This document shows, one piece after another, positions 1 through 8,601 of a stretch of 64,000 nucleotides of DNA. Made by a program: the position numbers and the translations under genes. The notes beneath the pieces were generated by a model. That model did not search any database. It was given only the letters and a program-made list of their open reading frames with translations, and was not told the origin of the DNA. Position 1 is the stretch's first letter. Every line of letters begins with the position of its first letter. The stretch comes from a virus. The stretch lies in IMG/VR virus record IMGVR_UViG_3300035686_000004, positions 1 through 64,000 of that record, one strand, 5' to 3'.

Positions 1-268
1 TTTGAGTTGTGATTACTTCTCCTTTATTCTTGAGTGTTTCTACAATATGACTCAGCAGAGCTAGTCTTAGCGCATCCGGAGCGCAAGCCTGATGAAATTC
101 TCTCGCCGCCTCAACCGCTACCCGAAAACTAGTATGCTTGCCCATCCAGTTGTAGAATGTTTTTTCTATAACTCCTAGTGATTCCCATGCAGCCTTATCT
201 GTACCTCCAAGAGCGATCGCCCGGTACGCGATCGCGTCATAATCTTGTGTGTATTTCTTAGTTTTCAC
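1..268 (-). CDS. HTH DNA-binding protein, terminase-small-subunit-like (3' end cut by window edge)
   Basis: Not in the ORF track. My translation from GTG at 268 is open to position 1: (M)KTKKYTQDYDAIAYRAIALGGTDKAAWESLGVIEKTFYNWMGKHTSFRVAVEAAREF... AGAGGA lies 8 nt upstream. The GxxxxAAxxLGVxxxTFYNW pattern is typical of small phage HTH / TerS-like proteins. Confidence 0.45.
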   Translation of the reverse strand, partial: MKTKKYTQDYDAIAYRAIALGGTDKAAWESLGVIEKTFYNWMGKHTSFRVAVEAAREFHQACAPDALRLALLSHIVETLKNKGEVITTQ

Positions 269-346
269 AACAAAAATCCTCTCGCATCTTTGTCTAGCAT
301 AGATCACGAGAGGATGAAAGGAGAATAATGGTGACAGCCATTCCTT

Positions 347-360
347 GTCTAATATAAGAC
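347..360. repeat. PAL14 variant GTCTAATATAAGAC (1 mismatch)
   Basis: Lies between the stop of 374..1441 and the start of the 1..268 gene. Confidence 0.7.
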
Positions 361-373
361 TTGAGTCACAACC

Positions 374-1441
374 TTAAAAGCCCACAGACTGGTGGATAAC
401 CGCTCCCTTCTGTTTTTGCTTGGGTAGGTATGCCCTGGCAAGACTATTTAACGCTGAGTCAACAGCTGAGGCGGCATCCGTAAAGACACGGCTTTTAATC
501 GCGCTTTCCGCGCTTGTGTAGCCTCCTCGAAAATGGCTGTAGTACGCAGTTACCGATTGGATAACCCCATAAGCAGTGCCATTGGTGTAATCGTTCAAGG
601 ATAAATCAATCCCCAGATCTTCCATCACATGGGCAGCTTCACCATTGTATATAGACTGCATTGTGCGCACAGAAACAGGTTGCTCAGTCAGTGCCTTTTT
701 CTTGTCTCCAACAAAATCAACAAAATGAGTCAGGGCATCCGCTTTACTAACTTTCACTCGCGCCAATGCCTCTAGCTTTTGTCGTTCAATGGAGATCATT
801 TCCTTATACTGCTGAAGCTGCTTATCCGCCGCGCGATACGCCTCAACACCCTTGCTAGTGTGAGCTAGATTCAGCCCATTTTTAATCCCAGTACGCACCA
901 TTCCATTGGTACATATTTTTCGCACAACTATAATCTTCATCCCCATGCCCGAACCAGGGGCGTGATGATTATAAAAGACAATCCTTGAACTATGGGCTTC
1001 ATCTACATCATCGTTGAACAGCGAAAATCCTAGCTCAGGAATCTCATCTGAAACCAGAAACACACAGCGATCGCCCAGTCGCAAGCTTGATTTTGATCCA
1101 TGCAAATAACCACCCCGCGCAACGGAAGAACCTAGTTCAGCAAGCGATCGCATCGCAGTATTGTAAAATTCTCGGTTACCTAATGGCGTCCAGTTATCAG
1201 AGCAGGGGGCAATGTCAACACCTGTTTTGCTATTAACCAAAATACGGAATTGCTGGCTCATTCGTCGTACTCCGTCAATCTCATAAGCAAGAGGGATTGA
1301 CAAAGGTTCCCAGTCCAAATCTATCGATGCCAATGGATTGGTGGGATCGACTGGCTTGCCAATCGAATTCCAGAAATTGCGCCGATCGCGTGAAACACTG
1401 CTGTCGCGTACCATGCTTACACTTAAATTGAATCTGTACAC
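374..1441 (-). CDS. DUF932 / TIGR03299-like phage-plasmid protein
   Basis: 355-aa ORF. The motif IVVRKICTNGMV matches the R-x-x-C-x-N-G-M core I recall for DUF932. The track start at 1441 is GTG; the ATG at 1414 (MVRDSS) is a plausible true start. Confidence 0.6.
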   Translation of the reverse strand: MYRFNLSVSMVRDSSVSRDRRNFWNSIGKPVDPTNPLASIDLDWEPLSIPLAYEIDGVRRMSQQFRILVNSKTGVDIAPCSDNWTPLGNREFYNTAMRSLAELGSSVARGGYLHGSKSSLRLGDRCVFLVSDEIPELGFSLFNDDVDEAHSSRIVFYNHHAPGSGMGMKIIVVRKICTNGMVRTGIKNGLNLAHTSKGVEAYRAADKQLQQYKEMISIERQKLEALARVKVSKADALTHFVDFVGDKKKALTEQPVSVRTMQSIYNGEAAHVMEDLGIDLSLNDYTNGTAYGVIQSVTAYYSHFRGGYTSAESAIKSRVFTDAASAVDSALNSLARAYLPKQKQKGAVIHQSVGF

Positions 1442-1446
1442 ATATC

Positions 1447-1475
1447 AGTGTAACACCCTAAAACCAAATTAGCCA
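1447..1475 (-). promoter_or_regulatory. early-type promoter-like motif (GGGTGT-TACACT)
   Basis: The minus strand reads TTAGGGTGTTACACT between the palindrome and the 374..1441 gene. The -35 is weak. Confidence 0.35.
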
Positions 1476-1489
1476 GTCTAATATTAGAC
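1476..1489. repeat. PAL14 perfect GTCTAATATTAGAC
   Basis: Core of a 32-bp perfect dyad at 1467..1498, between two minus-strand genes. Confidence 0.95.
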
Positions 1490-1519
1490 TGGCTAATTAT
1501 TCATGAAAAGAGCAGAAGC

Positions 1520-3592
1520 CTAGAAAGTAGAGCCGGGATCTAGTAAGGCGATCGCGCCTATGATTGCTAGTCGCTTTGCGGCTTGTTCATTTGGAAGTAT
1601 CAGGGTTTTGTCATGGTGATTATTTAGCTTGATGCTAAATCCTCCGCCTTCTTCAGCCAGTACTTGAGCTGCAACCCCAAAAACAGTGGCAGAAAACTTA
1701 CTGCGATCGTCCCCCTCGTGCCAAGCAATCTTATTGAGGACTGCTGGTAACTGGAAGGGGTTGAAGAGGGAGAAAGCCCGCCCTACCCAACCTAGCGAAT
1801 AAGCTACGTCATGGAAGGTCTGATAGTCATCCGAGTTAGCACTCCAAAACACAATAACTGATGGCTCTCTGTTTCCGTCTCCTTTTGCGCTGGGATTTTC
1901 GGCTAAAAGTAGCTCTCCCGGCTCAAATGACAGCCTTTTATTGGGCTTCAGAATGACAGGATTGTGATCCTTCAAAAGTTTCTGGTAAGCTTTCCCTGAC
2001 TGAACCGACACAGGAAGTATCAAAAACAACTTCTTAATATTTCCTGCGCATATTTGCCCATCAAGCAAGGCGATCGCTTCGCTTGATTTAGAATAAGGCG
2101 GATTGGCGAACACATTCCCGCGATGTTCTTGTGAAAAAGCATTATCTAAGATAGTATACCGATTCCTTGCTGGAATATAGCCCGGATCGGTAAGCATCGC
2201 AAATGAATCAAGATCGATTACACCCATGCAATCGAGCGCTAACGCGGCATACTCCTGTGGCGTTTTTCGGTTATCGGCAGGAATATCCTTTGCGTCTTTT
2301 GCTGCCTGAATTAACTGCGCTAATGTCGCAGCTGTATCGCCATCGGACACCGTAGTAGAAGCTAGTTTATCACTGATAATTTCCGAGGCGATCGCCTCTG
2401 AAGCGCGCTTGACAGATTCAGCTGGATTAGCTCGAACTCGTTCAAGCACCTTTGCCTGATAGGCTTCTTTGGGAATATCAATTACCTTGGGCGGTTCTAG
2501 CTTAACCAACTCTGCTGCTTTTGCAGGAACTTCATTAGCGTATGAGCGAATATCATTCTTAAGGCTTTCGTTCTCATATGCATCAGTCGCATCATGCACT
2601 CGCTTAACCTTAAAAGCCGTTTCGCGAGAAACTACCTTGCCGTCTTGACGCCCCAGTGCTTGACGCAAGCGATCAATCATCTCCGATGACGTAAGCTTCG
2701 CGTCAACTGGGATTGATGGACATGTGGACAAAGCAATTAAATTTTTGATTTCGGCGTCTAGTTGCTTTTTAGTTTTTGTCCTGACCTTATTATGTAAGAT
2801 CATGTGCTTGAATTCAGCCTCGGGTGAGGCAAAGTTGACTACTTCACACGGAATGAATTCAAATTTTGGCGGTTTTCCTTGCTCAATCAATTCTTGATTG
2901 ACACGTCGCGCTGCTTTGATGCGGCGATTACCGGCAAGTAGCTGCCCTTTTGAGTTAATTTCAACACGAAATACTTGACCGTCATTTTCACGCAAAACAT
3001 TAACCAAATCATCGACAGGCTCGTTCTCACCATAGACTAGGGAGTTGTAGGGATGCTCAATTAGTGCATCAATATCGACAAGCCCATCCGCTGTTGATAC
3101 TGTTTCGTGATAGGCAGCGATCGCATTTAAATGAGCCGCCTCAAGAGCATTAAGTCGCTTCGTATTGCCTACCACAGGAGGTAGCTCAACCTCATTGTAT
3201 GTCTGTTCAAAAATCAAATCATCTTCACGAGTGACTTTGGCGATCGCTTCACTCAAATTCCCTGTAATGATTACCTTATAATCGCCGATTGGCAACTCAA
3301 CGACCCGATCCTCATCCGTATTGCCAGACTTGCTCTCGCTCCTTGCTCTGTCTATTTCTTTTTGTTGCTCTGCCTCTGGTAGCACATCAAACGCCTCAAG
3401 TGCATTAGAAAGGTTGGTAACTATTTCTGAATCAGGCATTTCTTGCTCAGGCACGAGTGACTGAAGTCCTTCTACCGGAATCGCCATCTCTTCGTTAGAG
3501 GCAATGCTTTTGTCAGCTGCCTTGACTTTTGTAGATTGTTTTGCTTTTGCAGGCTTGTCATTAACTTGTTCTGACTTGGATTTTGCAGGCAT
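1520..3592 (-). CDS. ParB-like nuclease domain fused to phage Dam-type N6-adenine DNA methyltransferase
   Basis: 690 aa. The central LLAGNRRIKAARRV resembles the ParB GxxRxxA box. The C-terminal TPQEYAALALDCMGVIDLDSFA ... VFANPPYSKS ... LFLILPVS ... KRLSF follows the phage Dam (PF05869-like) pattern with an NPPY catalytic motif. Confidence 0.8.
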   Translation of the reverse strand: MPAKSKSEQVNDKPAKAKQSTKVKAADKSIASNEEMAIPVEGLQSLVPEQEMPDSEIVTNLSNALEAFDVLPEAEQQKEIDRARSESKSGNTDEDRVVELPIGDYKVIITGNLSEAIAKVTREDDLIFEQTYNEVELPPVVGNTKRLNALEAAHLNAIAAYHETVSTADGLVDIDALIEHPYNSLVYGENEPVDDLVNVLRENDGQVFRVEINSKGQLLAGNRRIKAARRVNQELIEQGKPPKFEFIPCEVVNFASPEAEFKHMILHNKVRTKTKKQLDAEIKNLIALSTCPSIPVDAKLTSSEMIDRLRQALGRQDGKVVSRETAFKVKRVHDATDAYENESLKNDIRSYANEVPAKAAELVKLEPPKVIDIPKEAYQAKVLERVRANPAESVKRASEAIASEIISDKLASTTVSDGDTAATLAQLIQAAKDAKDIPADNRKTPQEYAALALDCMGVIDLDSFAMLTDPGYIPARNRYTILDNAFSQEHRGNVFANPPYSKSSEAIALLDGQICAGNIKKLFLILPVSVQSGKAYQKLLKDHNPVILKPNKRLSFEPGELLLAENPSAKGDGNREPSVIVFWSANSDDYQTFHDVAYSLGWVGRAFSLFNPFQLPAVLNKIAWHEGDDRSKFSATVFGVAAQVLAEEGGGFSIKLNNHHDKTLILPNEQAAKRLAIIGAIALLDPGSTF

Positions 3593-3639
3593 AGCTTTTA
3601 ATTCCTGGGTTTATCTAGTGGTATTGGCTGATTGGCTTT

Positions 3640-3653
3640 GTCTAATATTAGAC
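3640..3653. repeat. PAL14 perfect
   Basis: In the leader of the 1520..3592 gene, downstream of promoter 3670..3699. Confidence 0.95.
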
Positions 3654-3669
3654 TTTGCCTCACTCCTTA

Positions 3670-3699
3670 AATTTAACACCCTTTTTAGAAGGGTGTCAA
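3670..3699 (-). promoter_or_regulatory. early promoter: TTGACA - 18 nt ending GGGTGT - TAAATT
   Basis: -35 at 3694..3699 and -10 at 3670..3675 (minus strand), upstream of the ParB-methylase gene. Confidence 0.6.
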
Positions 3700-3737
3700 A
3701 TTTATTCGCGGAAATCCTGGGGCTGAGAAAAGCTGAT

Positions 3738-4742
3738 CTAAATTATTGGAGCACCTCGATCCTCGATGGCTTGTGCTAGCCGATCTCCTTCAACCTTGTG
3801 CAGATCTTCTGCTGTGCCAGGGGAATCATCCTCAAGGGAATCAATCCAGCCATGCACGGCATCAATAAATGGCATCCTTTGCGAATCATGCAAAGTAAGT
3901 AACGCCCCGCCTAGATCATTTAGGGCAACATCGCGATCACTGAACTTCCTAGAGGCGATCGCCCAATGCACGGCAATGTCTTTTGCCAATGTCTGATAAT
4001 CTTCGATAGTAAGATTACCTGGATGGACATGATTGGTCTTAGCTAGAACGAAATCTGAACTAATGCCAAGGCGATCGCGTAACTTCCTGATATCCGCATT
4101 TTGCTTGGGATGTAGATACTGGGGTGCTGGCTTGGCTTCCTGTTGAGGCATTGGCGCGACTTTCTCTTGAGTTTTCTTTGATGTATCTGCCAATGCAGGT
4201 AGGAGTAATTCGGATGAAGCAGATGACTGCACTTTTTGCTTACTTGCACTGCCAGATCGCCCTGATTGTCGCGCTGTTAAATCTTTTTGAATTTCACCTA
4301 CAATTTTTTGCCGACGATGCTTTTTCGACTCCTCATCATCCAAGATACTCAACTCTAGAAGCGCTAACGTGTTGTACCTACGTCCATACTTTGAAGCAAT
4401 CCCAAACGACTTGGGATCATCCCCCGGCAGGGGTAAAGGATAGTAAGATTCAATGCTTTCACCCGATATATGCAGTAAACGAGTAACCAGGTATAACCGA
4501 CCCGAACCACCGACCAAGGAAGGATCACCCACATAGATATTTTGGCTGACCATTGTCAACCCGTTGCTAGATAAAGCAGGTGTTATAGCAGGGATGATGT
4601 CATCCAACTCAGCCCAGTCGTAACGAATCCGACCACCAGCTTTGGTCGAGTAGTCCGCACTGCTGTCAGCGATAATTGGCTCAAACGATAGCTTAGCGAT
4701 CGCAAGTGCAGCGGTTAAGTTTGGAGTAGAAGGAAATTGCAT
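3738..4742 (-). CDS. ERF-family single-strand annealing recombinase
   Basis: 334 aa. The N-terminal LTAALAIAKLSFEPIIADSSADYSTKAGGRIRYDWAELDDIIPAITPALSSNGL follows the ERF pattern (AL..aq.e...v.Kd....yrYa.Ld.v...v.p.L...Gl). Consensus promoter directly upstream (4890..4918). Confidence 0.7.
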   Translation of the reverse strand: MQFPSTPNLTAALAIAKLSFEPIIADSSADYSTKAGGRIRYDWAELDDIIPAITPALSSNGLTMVSQNIYVGDPSLVGGSGRLYLVTRLLHISGESIESYYPLPLPGDDPKSFGIASKYGRRYNTLALLELSILDDEESKKHRRQKIVGEIQKDLTARQSGRSGSASKQKVQSSASSELLLPALADTSKKTQEKVAPMPQQEAKPAPQYLHPKQNADIRKLRDRLGISSDFVLAKTNHVHPGNLTIEDYQTLAKDIAVHWAIASRKFSDRDVALNDLGGALLTLHDSQRMPFIDAVHGWIDSLEDDSPGTAEDLHKVEGDRLAQAIEDRGAPII

Positions 4743-4889
4743 GATATGCCTCTATGATTTGTCTTACAGAAGAGTAGTAGAGCACCCTAGCGACACACAG
4801 ATTGAAACTACTGAGCTTTTGCCTGTCTTTTTGCTTCTATTCGATCGGTTGTACGTAACGGGGCTTTACCTCCCCTGCTACCTTTACTT

Positions 4890-4918
4890 AATCTAACACC
4901 CTACCTAGACTCTGTCAA
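4890..4918 (-). promoter_or_regulatory. early promoter: TTGACA - 17 nt ending GGGTGT - TAGATT
   Basis: -35 at 4913..4918 and -10 at 4890..4895 (minus strand). TGT before the -10 gives a TGn extended -10. Confidence 0.7.
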
Positions 4919-4923
4919 TGAAA

Positions 4924-4937
4924 GTCTAATATTAGAC
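4924..4937. repeat. PAL14 perfect
   Basis: 5 nt upstream of the -35 of the ERF promoter, and 10 nt after the stop of 4948..5313. Confidence 0.95.
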
Positions 4938-4947
4938 TACCAATCGT

Positions 4948-5313
4948 TTATGATTCCTCATCGCACGGTGACAGCACCGCAAAAAACTCTTCTTTTGTGT
5001 CCGCCCACGTAAGCGCAGCATACACGAGTTTTTTCAACGGAATTTCAAAATTAGGGGCTTCAAGGTAAAAGCCCTTAAACTTTTGAATTTCATATACGAC
5101 ATCAACAAGTGAGTCAATGTTTGCTTCAAGGGAGGCGATCGCTCTTTCCAGTTGTAGTTGCCGATCAAGGCACTCAGAACGGGTTTGTTCAATCATTGCA
5201 ATATTTTCACTAATTTCTTTACGTTTACTCTCTAGGCTTCGGATATGAGTATCTAGCTCATCAATCTGCTCCAAAGAATTCTTGCGTAATTCACTGAATA
5301 CATGGTGTAGCAT
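4948..5313 (-). CDS. hypothetical coiled-coil protein
   Basis: 121-aa ORF with heptad-like charged sequence. Same strand as its neighbours, with a palindrome immediately after its stop. Confidence 0.55.
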   Translation of the reverse strand: MLHHVFSELRKNSLEQIDELDTHIRSLESKRKEISENIAMIEQTRSECLDRQLQLERAIASLEANIDSLVDVVYEIQKFKGFYLEAPNFEIPLKKLVYAALTWADTKEEFFAVLSPCDEES

Positions 5314-5372
5314 TGAAAGATGTCCTTATTGTGCAGAACCGTGAGGCGGCGCTATCCTGCCTCACCTTTACT

Positions 5373-5400
5373 AAACTAACACCTTATACAGCAAAATGCA
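5373..5400 (-). promoter_or_regulatory. early-type promoter-like motif (AGGTGT-TAGTTT)
   Basis: The minus strand reads AAGGTGTTAGTTTAGTAAAGG, nearly identical to the ERF promoter downstream region GGGTGTTAGATTAAGTAAAGG. The -35 is weak. Confidence 0.35.
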
Positions 5401-5632
5401 CACCAAACAAGGCAATAATTTAATTGCTCCAATCATCATTATTGTGTTGGGGTTAACAGCATGGTTACTAGGAAACGCAATAGGCGATCGCCAGGGGGGA
5501 ACCAACATAGGTCTAACACTGATCGGAATTGGCGGAGGGCTTGCCAAGCAAGAAAATTATGCCAAGACGGAGCACATAACATCCGAGAATATTGAAACGA
5601 TTAATCTAGAGAATAATCAATCTAAACCTTAA
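5396..5632 (+). CDS. small membrane protein (2 predicted TM segments)
   Basis: 78 aa. LIAPIIIIVLGLTAWLLGNAI and IGLTLIGIGGGLA are hydrophobic stretches. No clear RBS. Confidence 0.4.
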   Translation: MHTKQGNNLIAPIIIIVLGLTAWLLGNAIGDRQGGTNIGLTLIGIGGGLAKQENYAKTEHITSENIETINLENNQSKP

Positions 5633-5853
5633 TTCTGGCGTCAAACAAAAAGACTTAGTACCCTTCTCTTGACACTTGCCTTACGCTGTCAGCGATCGCT
5701 ACTCCATCCAATCGCAAAAAAATAAAATCCAATACTATGACACCATCCATCGTGCCATATCTTGCTGTACCCAACATACCGTGAATCTTTATGTAACCAA
5801 ATAAAACCATCAAATCTAGTCATTTACTTTTGCTATCTATTACAACCCGGCTT

Positions 5854-5882
5854 TTTACAGCGTATCTAGCACTTGCTAAAAT
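5854..5882 (+). promoter_or_regulatory. sigma70-like promoter TTTACA - 17 - TAAAAT
   Basis: -35 at 5854..5859 and -10 at 5877..5882. It points into the 5931..5960 dyad and runs antisense to the 6031..6291 gene. Confidence 0.45.
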
Positions 5883-5930
5883 ATCAATTCTAATACCATT
5901 GAATCGACTTAGGTAGGGCGATCACTTCAA

Positions 5931-5960
5931 AACCCCTTGTCTAATATTAGACAAGGGGTT
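5931..5960 (-). terminator. dyad terminator built around a palindrome copy
   Basis: A 13-bp stem with a 4-nt loop. On the minus strand the stem ends in GGGGTT followed by TT. Downstream of 6031..6291. Confidence 0.5.
5939..5952. repeat. PAL14 perfect
   Basis: Core of the 30-bp dyad AACCCCTTGTCTAATATTAGACAAGGGGTT at 5931..5960. Confidence 0.95.
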
Positions 5961-6030
5961 TGGGCTAAGCGCAACTATATACTTAGTGAGCCAAAGAATC
6001 TACATGCTCACATGATTCTGCACTGCAAGC

Positions 6031-6291
6031 TTAATCTCGATAGATTTCTATTACCCTGCCAACAATTTGGCTATGCGTTGTATCCCGCGTCGCAACGGTT
6101 TGATAATACTTGTCAAACAAGCGAAGATAAACAAAGTAGATTTCGCGATCGCCTTGTATTCTGTGACCACAGAAGCTTTCCGTGGTTATCCCGTTATAAA
6201 GAGTACGCCGCCTGGATTCAGACATCTCATAAAACAAATCCTCGGTAATTTCGGTAAATAAATGCGCAATCAACTCAGCTGATCTAGACAT
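6031..6291 (-). CDS. hypothetical protein
   Basis: 86-aa ORF. It has a consensus early promoter upstream (6323..6351) and a dyad terminator downstream (5931..5960). The overlapping plus-strand ORFs have implausible composition. Confidence 0.5.
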   Translation of the reverse strand: MSRSAELIAHLFTEITEDLFYEMSESRRRTLYNGITTESFCGHRIQGDREIYFVYLRLFDKYYQTVATRDTTHSQIVGRVIEIYRD

Positions 6292-6322
6292 CGCGAATCT
6301 CTGTTAGTGGCCTACAAGATTC

Positions 6323-6351
6323 AATCTAACACCCTTTTTAGTTAAGGTCAA
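6323..6351 (-). promoter_or_regulatory. early promoter: TTGACC - 17 nt ending GGGTGT - TAGATT
   Basis: -35 at 6346..6351 and -10 at 6323..6328 (minus strand), upstream of 6031..6291. Confidence 0.7.
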
Positions 6352-6378
6352 GTGATACAAAGATGATTTATCACTCAA

Positions 6379-6392
6379 ATCCAATATTAGAC
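6379..6392. repeat. PAL14 degenerate ATCCAATATTAGAC (2 mismatches)
   Basis: Upstream of the 6323..6351 promoter, in the same relative position as other copies. Confidence 0.5.
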
Positions 6393-6795
6393 AGGCAAAG
6401 TCTCAGTATTTGCACAATCGCCCTCTATCGCTAATTAGGTATTGACAAAAAGAGAAAAACGAAATAGCCTAGAGAAATGCTAGCGAGATGCTAGGACTTA
6501 GACGTTAGCCCTACGGGAAGCGAAGCCATCTTAGGAGCAATTAATCAGATAAGCAATACTAGCGAGATGCTAGATGCGTAAATTTAATAAGGCCGTTGGG
6601 GCGGTAATCGTCTTCTTGAGCGATCGCCTCAGAAATTTAAGCTGCATAAAAACAGAAATCAAATTTAAGTCAATAAAAAACGCGCCTCGAACCAATGAAG
6701 GACGCGTCAAACACAACTAATGAGATTCAATTCGATACTATCACATCAAGAGCGATCGCTATAGCTAAGTAACAGTAAGGGATTGACCCAACAAA

Positions 6796-6826
6796 ATAGC
6801 CCCTCTATTGTCCTTAGAGGGGCTAT
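6796..6826 (-). terminator. hairpin ATAGCCCCTCT/AGAGGGGCTAT, minus-oriented
   Basis: An 11-bp stem. The minus strand continues TTTGTTGGG; the plus strand lacks a T-run. Confidence 0.4.
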
Positions 6827-6966
6827 GTCTCATGCAAAGTCCCCAAAACCGGAAAACCGCACACAAAAGTTAAGTAAGTAAAGGGAGTATATCACATATG
6901 ACTGCCAGGAAAGCATCTATTTATTGGCTATCCAGAGATCTAGGCAAATACAGTACCATTGAAAAA

Positions 6967-6998
6967 GCGCCGCCCTTCTTGTCACTTGGGGGCGGCGC
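6967..6998 (-). terminator. GC-rich hairpin GCGCCGCCC/GGGCGGCGC, minus-oriented
   Basis: A 9-bp GC stem. The minus strand continues TTTTTC; the plus strand continues TTCAAAAAG. Confidence 0.5.
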
Positions 6999-7045
6999 TT
7001 CAAAAAGAGAAAGCTCATTAACTTAATTACCTAGGAGTATATCAC

Positions 7046-8422
7046 GTGAGTAGAGAGACTTGCATTACTCATCGACCCAAGCAAGCGATCGCCATTATCC
7101 GCCGCGACTACTTTGAGCTAATGAGTCGTGATTGCGTTGCAGCTGCATTGCTCAATGAGTTTGAGCACCGTGCTAATGGGGTGTTCCTCCGCAACCCCGA
7201 CATAGAGAATCCTTGGCTTGGAGAAATAACAGTCAAGGAGTTTGAGGCGGCGCTATTGGGCGTTGCTACCGATAAGCACATCAGAAAGCGCCTCAAAGCC
7301 TTAGAGGATAAAGGCTACATCCAAACACGACAGCCAATTAAGCACCGCAAAACTCTTGAATACAGATTGATGGTGACAATCTTGCAGGCTGACCTAAATA
7401 TCCTAAATGAGCCATACCTAAACCCATCAAAACCCAGCGGTCAAACGACCGTTGGGGGGTCACGACCCAGCGGTCAAACGACCGTTGACCCAGCGGTCAA
7501 ACAACCGTTGGGTTGCCAAAAGCCAGCGGTCAAACGACCGTTGCACTATATACAAGATCTAAATAAAGAATTAGATCAATTATGTATAGAGCAAAAGCCG
7601 TCACATACACATGCGGCTGAGGTAGTCGTGGAAGTAATCTCGGAGCCGGAGATAGATAATACTTGTCCCTTTGCTGACAAAGAGATTGATGCATCTAACC
7701 AAGAATTGAATTCTGGTAAAGAACCAGACGCGAGCGTGGGGCGTGATAACAAGCGCAAAAGACCTAGATGGTTAGTGAGTGAACAAAGGATTAATGAGCT
7801 AGAAGACTTGTTAGATAGCGGGGCAGACACGGGCTATATGACCGAGGATGAGCGTAAAGCCCTCTGCGATCGCATGATGGGACAAATCATCGCTAAGTAC
7901 CGCAAAAGTGGTGTCATCCTCACTGCAAGCCCCAATGATGTAGATACTGGCTTCCTGAAGTACCTAGCTCTAACTCAATGGAAGGACAGCAGCAAGATGG
8001 ATGCCGCATTTAACACGGTTCGTTCGTTTGAACGGGATGTTACCAAGTGGCAAGGACTAGCGATCGCTGTCTCTCAATGGGAAGAGTGGCTTAAGGATGA
8101 GGAAGGGCAAGTGACCGATGTAATCAAGCGGGGCACGAGTAAGGGTGCGAGCAAGGATGATGAAGCGATCGCAATCAAACTCATGGCACAGCAAGCCGCA
8201 GAAAATGCCTTTAAGTTTAAAGCCCCTGCAAGCCTCACGAATTTCGCCAGACAAGCAAATATACCAATAGCCCCCCTAACGCCCCCCGTAGCTGCACCTG
8301 ACTCCCAAGAGGTGAACATAGAACGCAAACCATTAGACCCCACAAAACTTAAGCCAGAAATTCAGGCGATTTTGGAACGTGCTAAATCTAAGGCTGAAGA
8401 GGTAGCTGCAAAGAAAGCCTAG
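7046..8422 (+). CDS. replication-initiator-like protein (N-terminal winged HTH, iterons inside the gene)
   Basis: 458 aa with a GTG start after TAGGAG. The N-terminal region ends in KHIRKRLKALEDKGYIQTRQ (wHTH-like). The linker KPSGQTTVGGSRPSGQTTVDPAVKQPL is encoded by four DNA iterons, as in lambda O/ori. Confidence 0.6.
   Translation: MSRETCITHRPKQAIAIIRRDYFELMSRDCVAAALLNEFEHRANGVFLRNPDIENPWLGEITVKEFEAALLGVATDKHIRKRLKALEDKGYIQTRQPIKHRKTLEYRLMVTILQADLNILNEPYLNPSKPSGQTTVGGSRPSGQTTVDPAVKQPLGCQKPAVKRPLHYIQDLNKELDQLCIEQKPSHTHAAEVVVEVISEPEIDNTCPFADKEIDASNQELNSGKEPDASVGRDNKRKRPRWLVSEQRINELEDLLDSGADTGYMTEDERKALCDRMMGQIIAKYRKSGVILTASPNDVDTGFLKYLALTQWKDSSKMDAAFNTVRSFERDVTKWQGLAIAVSQWEEWLKDEEGQVTDVIKRGTSKGASKDDEAIAIKLMAQQAAENAFKFKAPASLTNFARQANIPIAPLTPPVAAPDSQEVNIERKPLDPTKLKPEIQAILERAKSKAEEVAAKKA
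7433..7543. repeat. four 22-bp iterons CCCAGCGGTCAAACGACCGTTG (putative origin)
   Basis: Copies at 7433..7454, 7466..7487, 7489..7510 (one mismatch) and 7522..7543 (first base differs). Start-to-start spacing is 33/23/33 bp. Each contains the inner dyad CGGTC-AAAC-GACCG. An AT-rich stretch follows at 7544..7590. Confidence 0.65.
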
Positions 8423-8469
8423 TATTATCTGGGATTTCTTTCCAAAAGTCAATCCATGTTGCGATCGCT

Positions 8470-8483
8470 GTCCAATATTAGAC
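8470..8483. repeat. PAL14 variant GTCCAATATTAGAC
   Basis: Lies 48 nt after the stop of 7046..8422. Confidence 0.8.
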
Positions 8484-8601
8484 TGGATGCGATCGCGCCT
8501 TAGTGTAAGCGCATTAAATAGTCGATTGAATAAGTATTTCTACTAATAGCAGGTATAGCAGAAACCTCCTATGATAGAGATAGCTAAACGCAGGAGGCTT
8601 A

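Noticed and set aside
3504-4486. ORFs 3504..3779 (+), 3766..3996 (+), 4043..4249 (-) and 4124..4486 (+), overlapping the ParB-methylase and ERF genes.
   Set aside because: They are nested in or antisense to genes with clear family signatures, and their composition is implausible (Cys/Trp/Leu-rich).
5937-6261. Plus-strand ORFs 5937..6248 and 6067..6261.
   Set aside because: The first starts at a TTG inside the palindrome and has an unnatural composition. The minus-strand ORF 6031..6291 has a consensus promoter and a terminator. I kept only the possibility of an antisense RNA.
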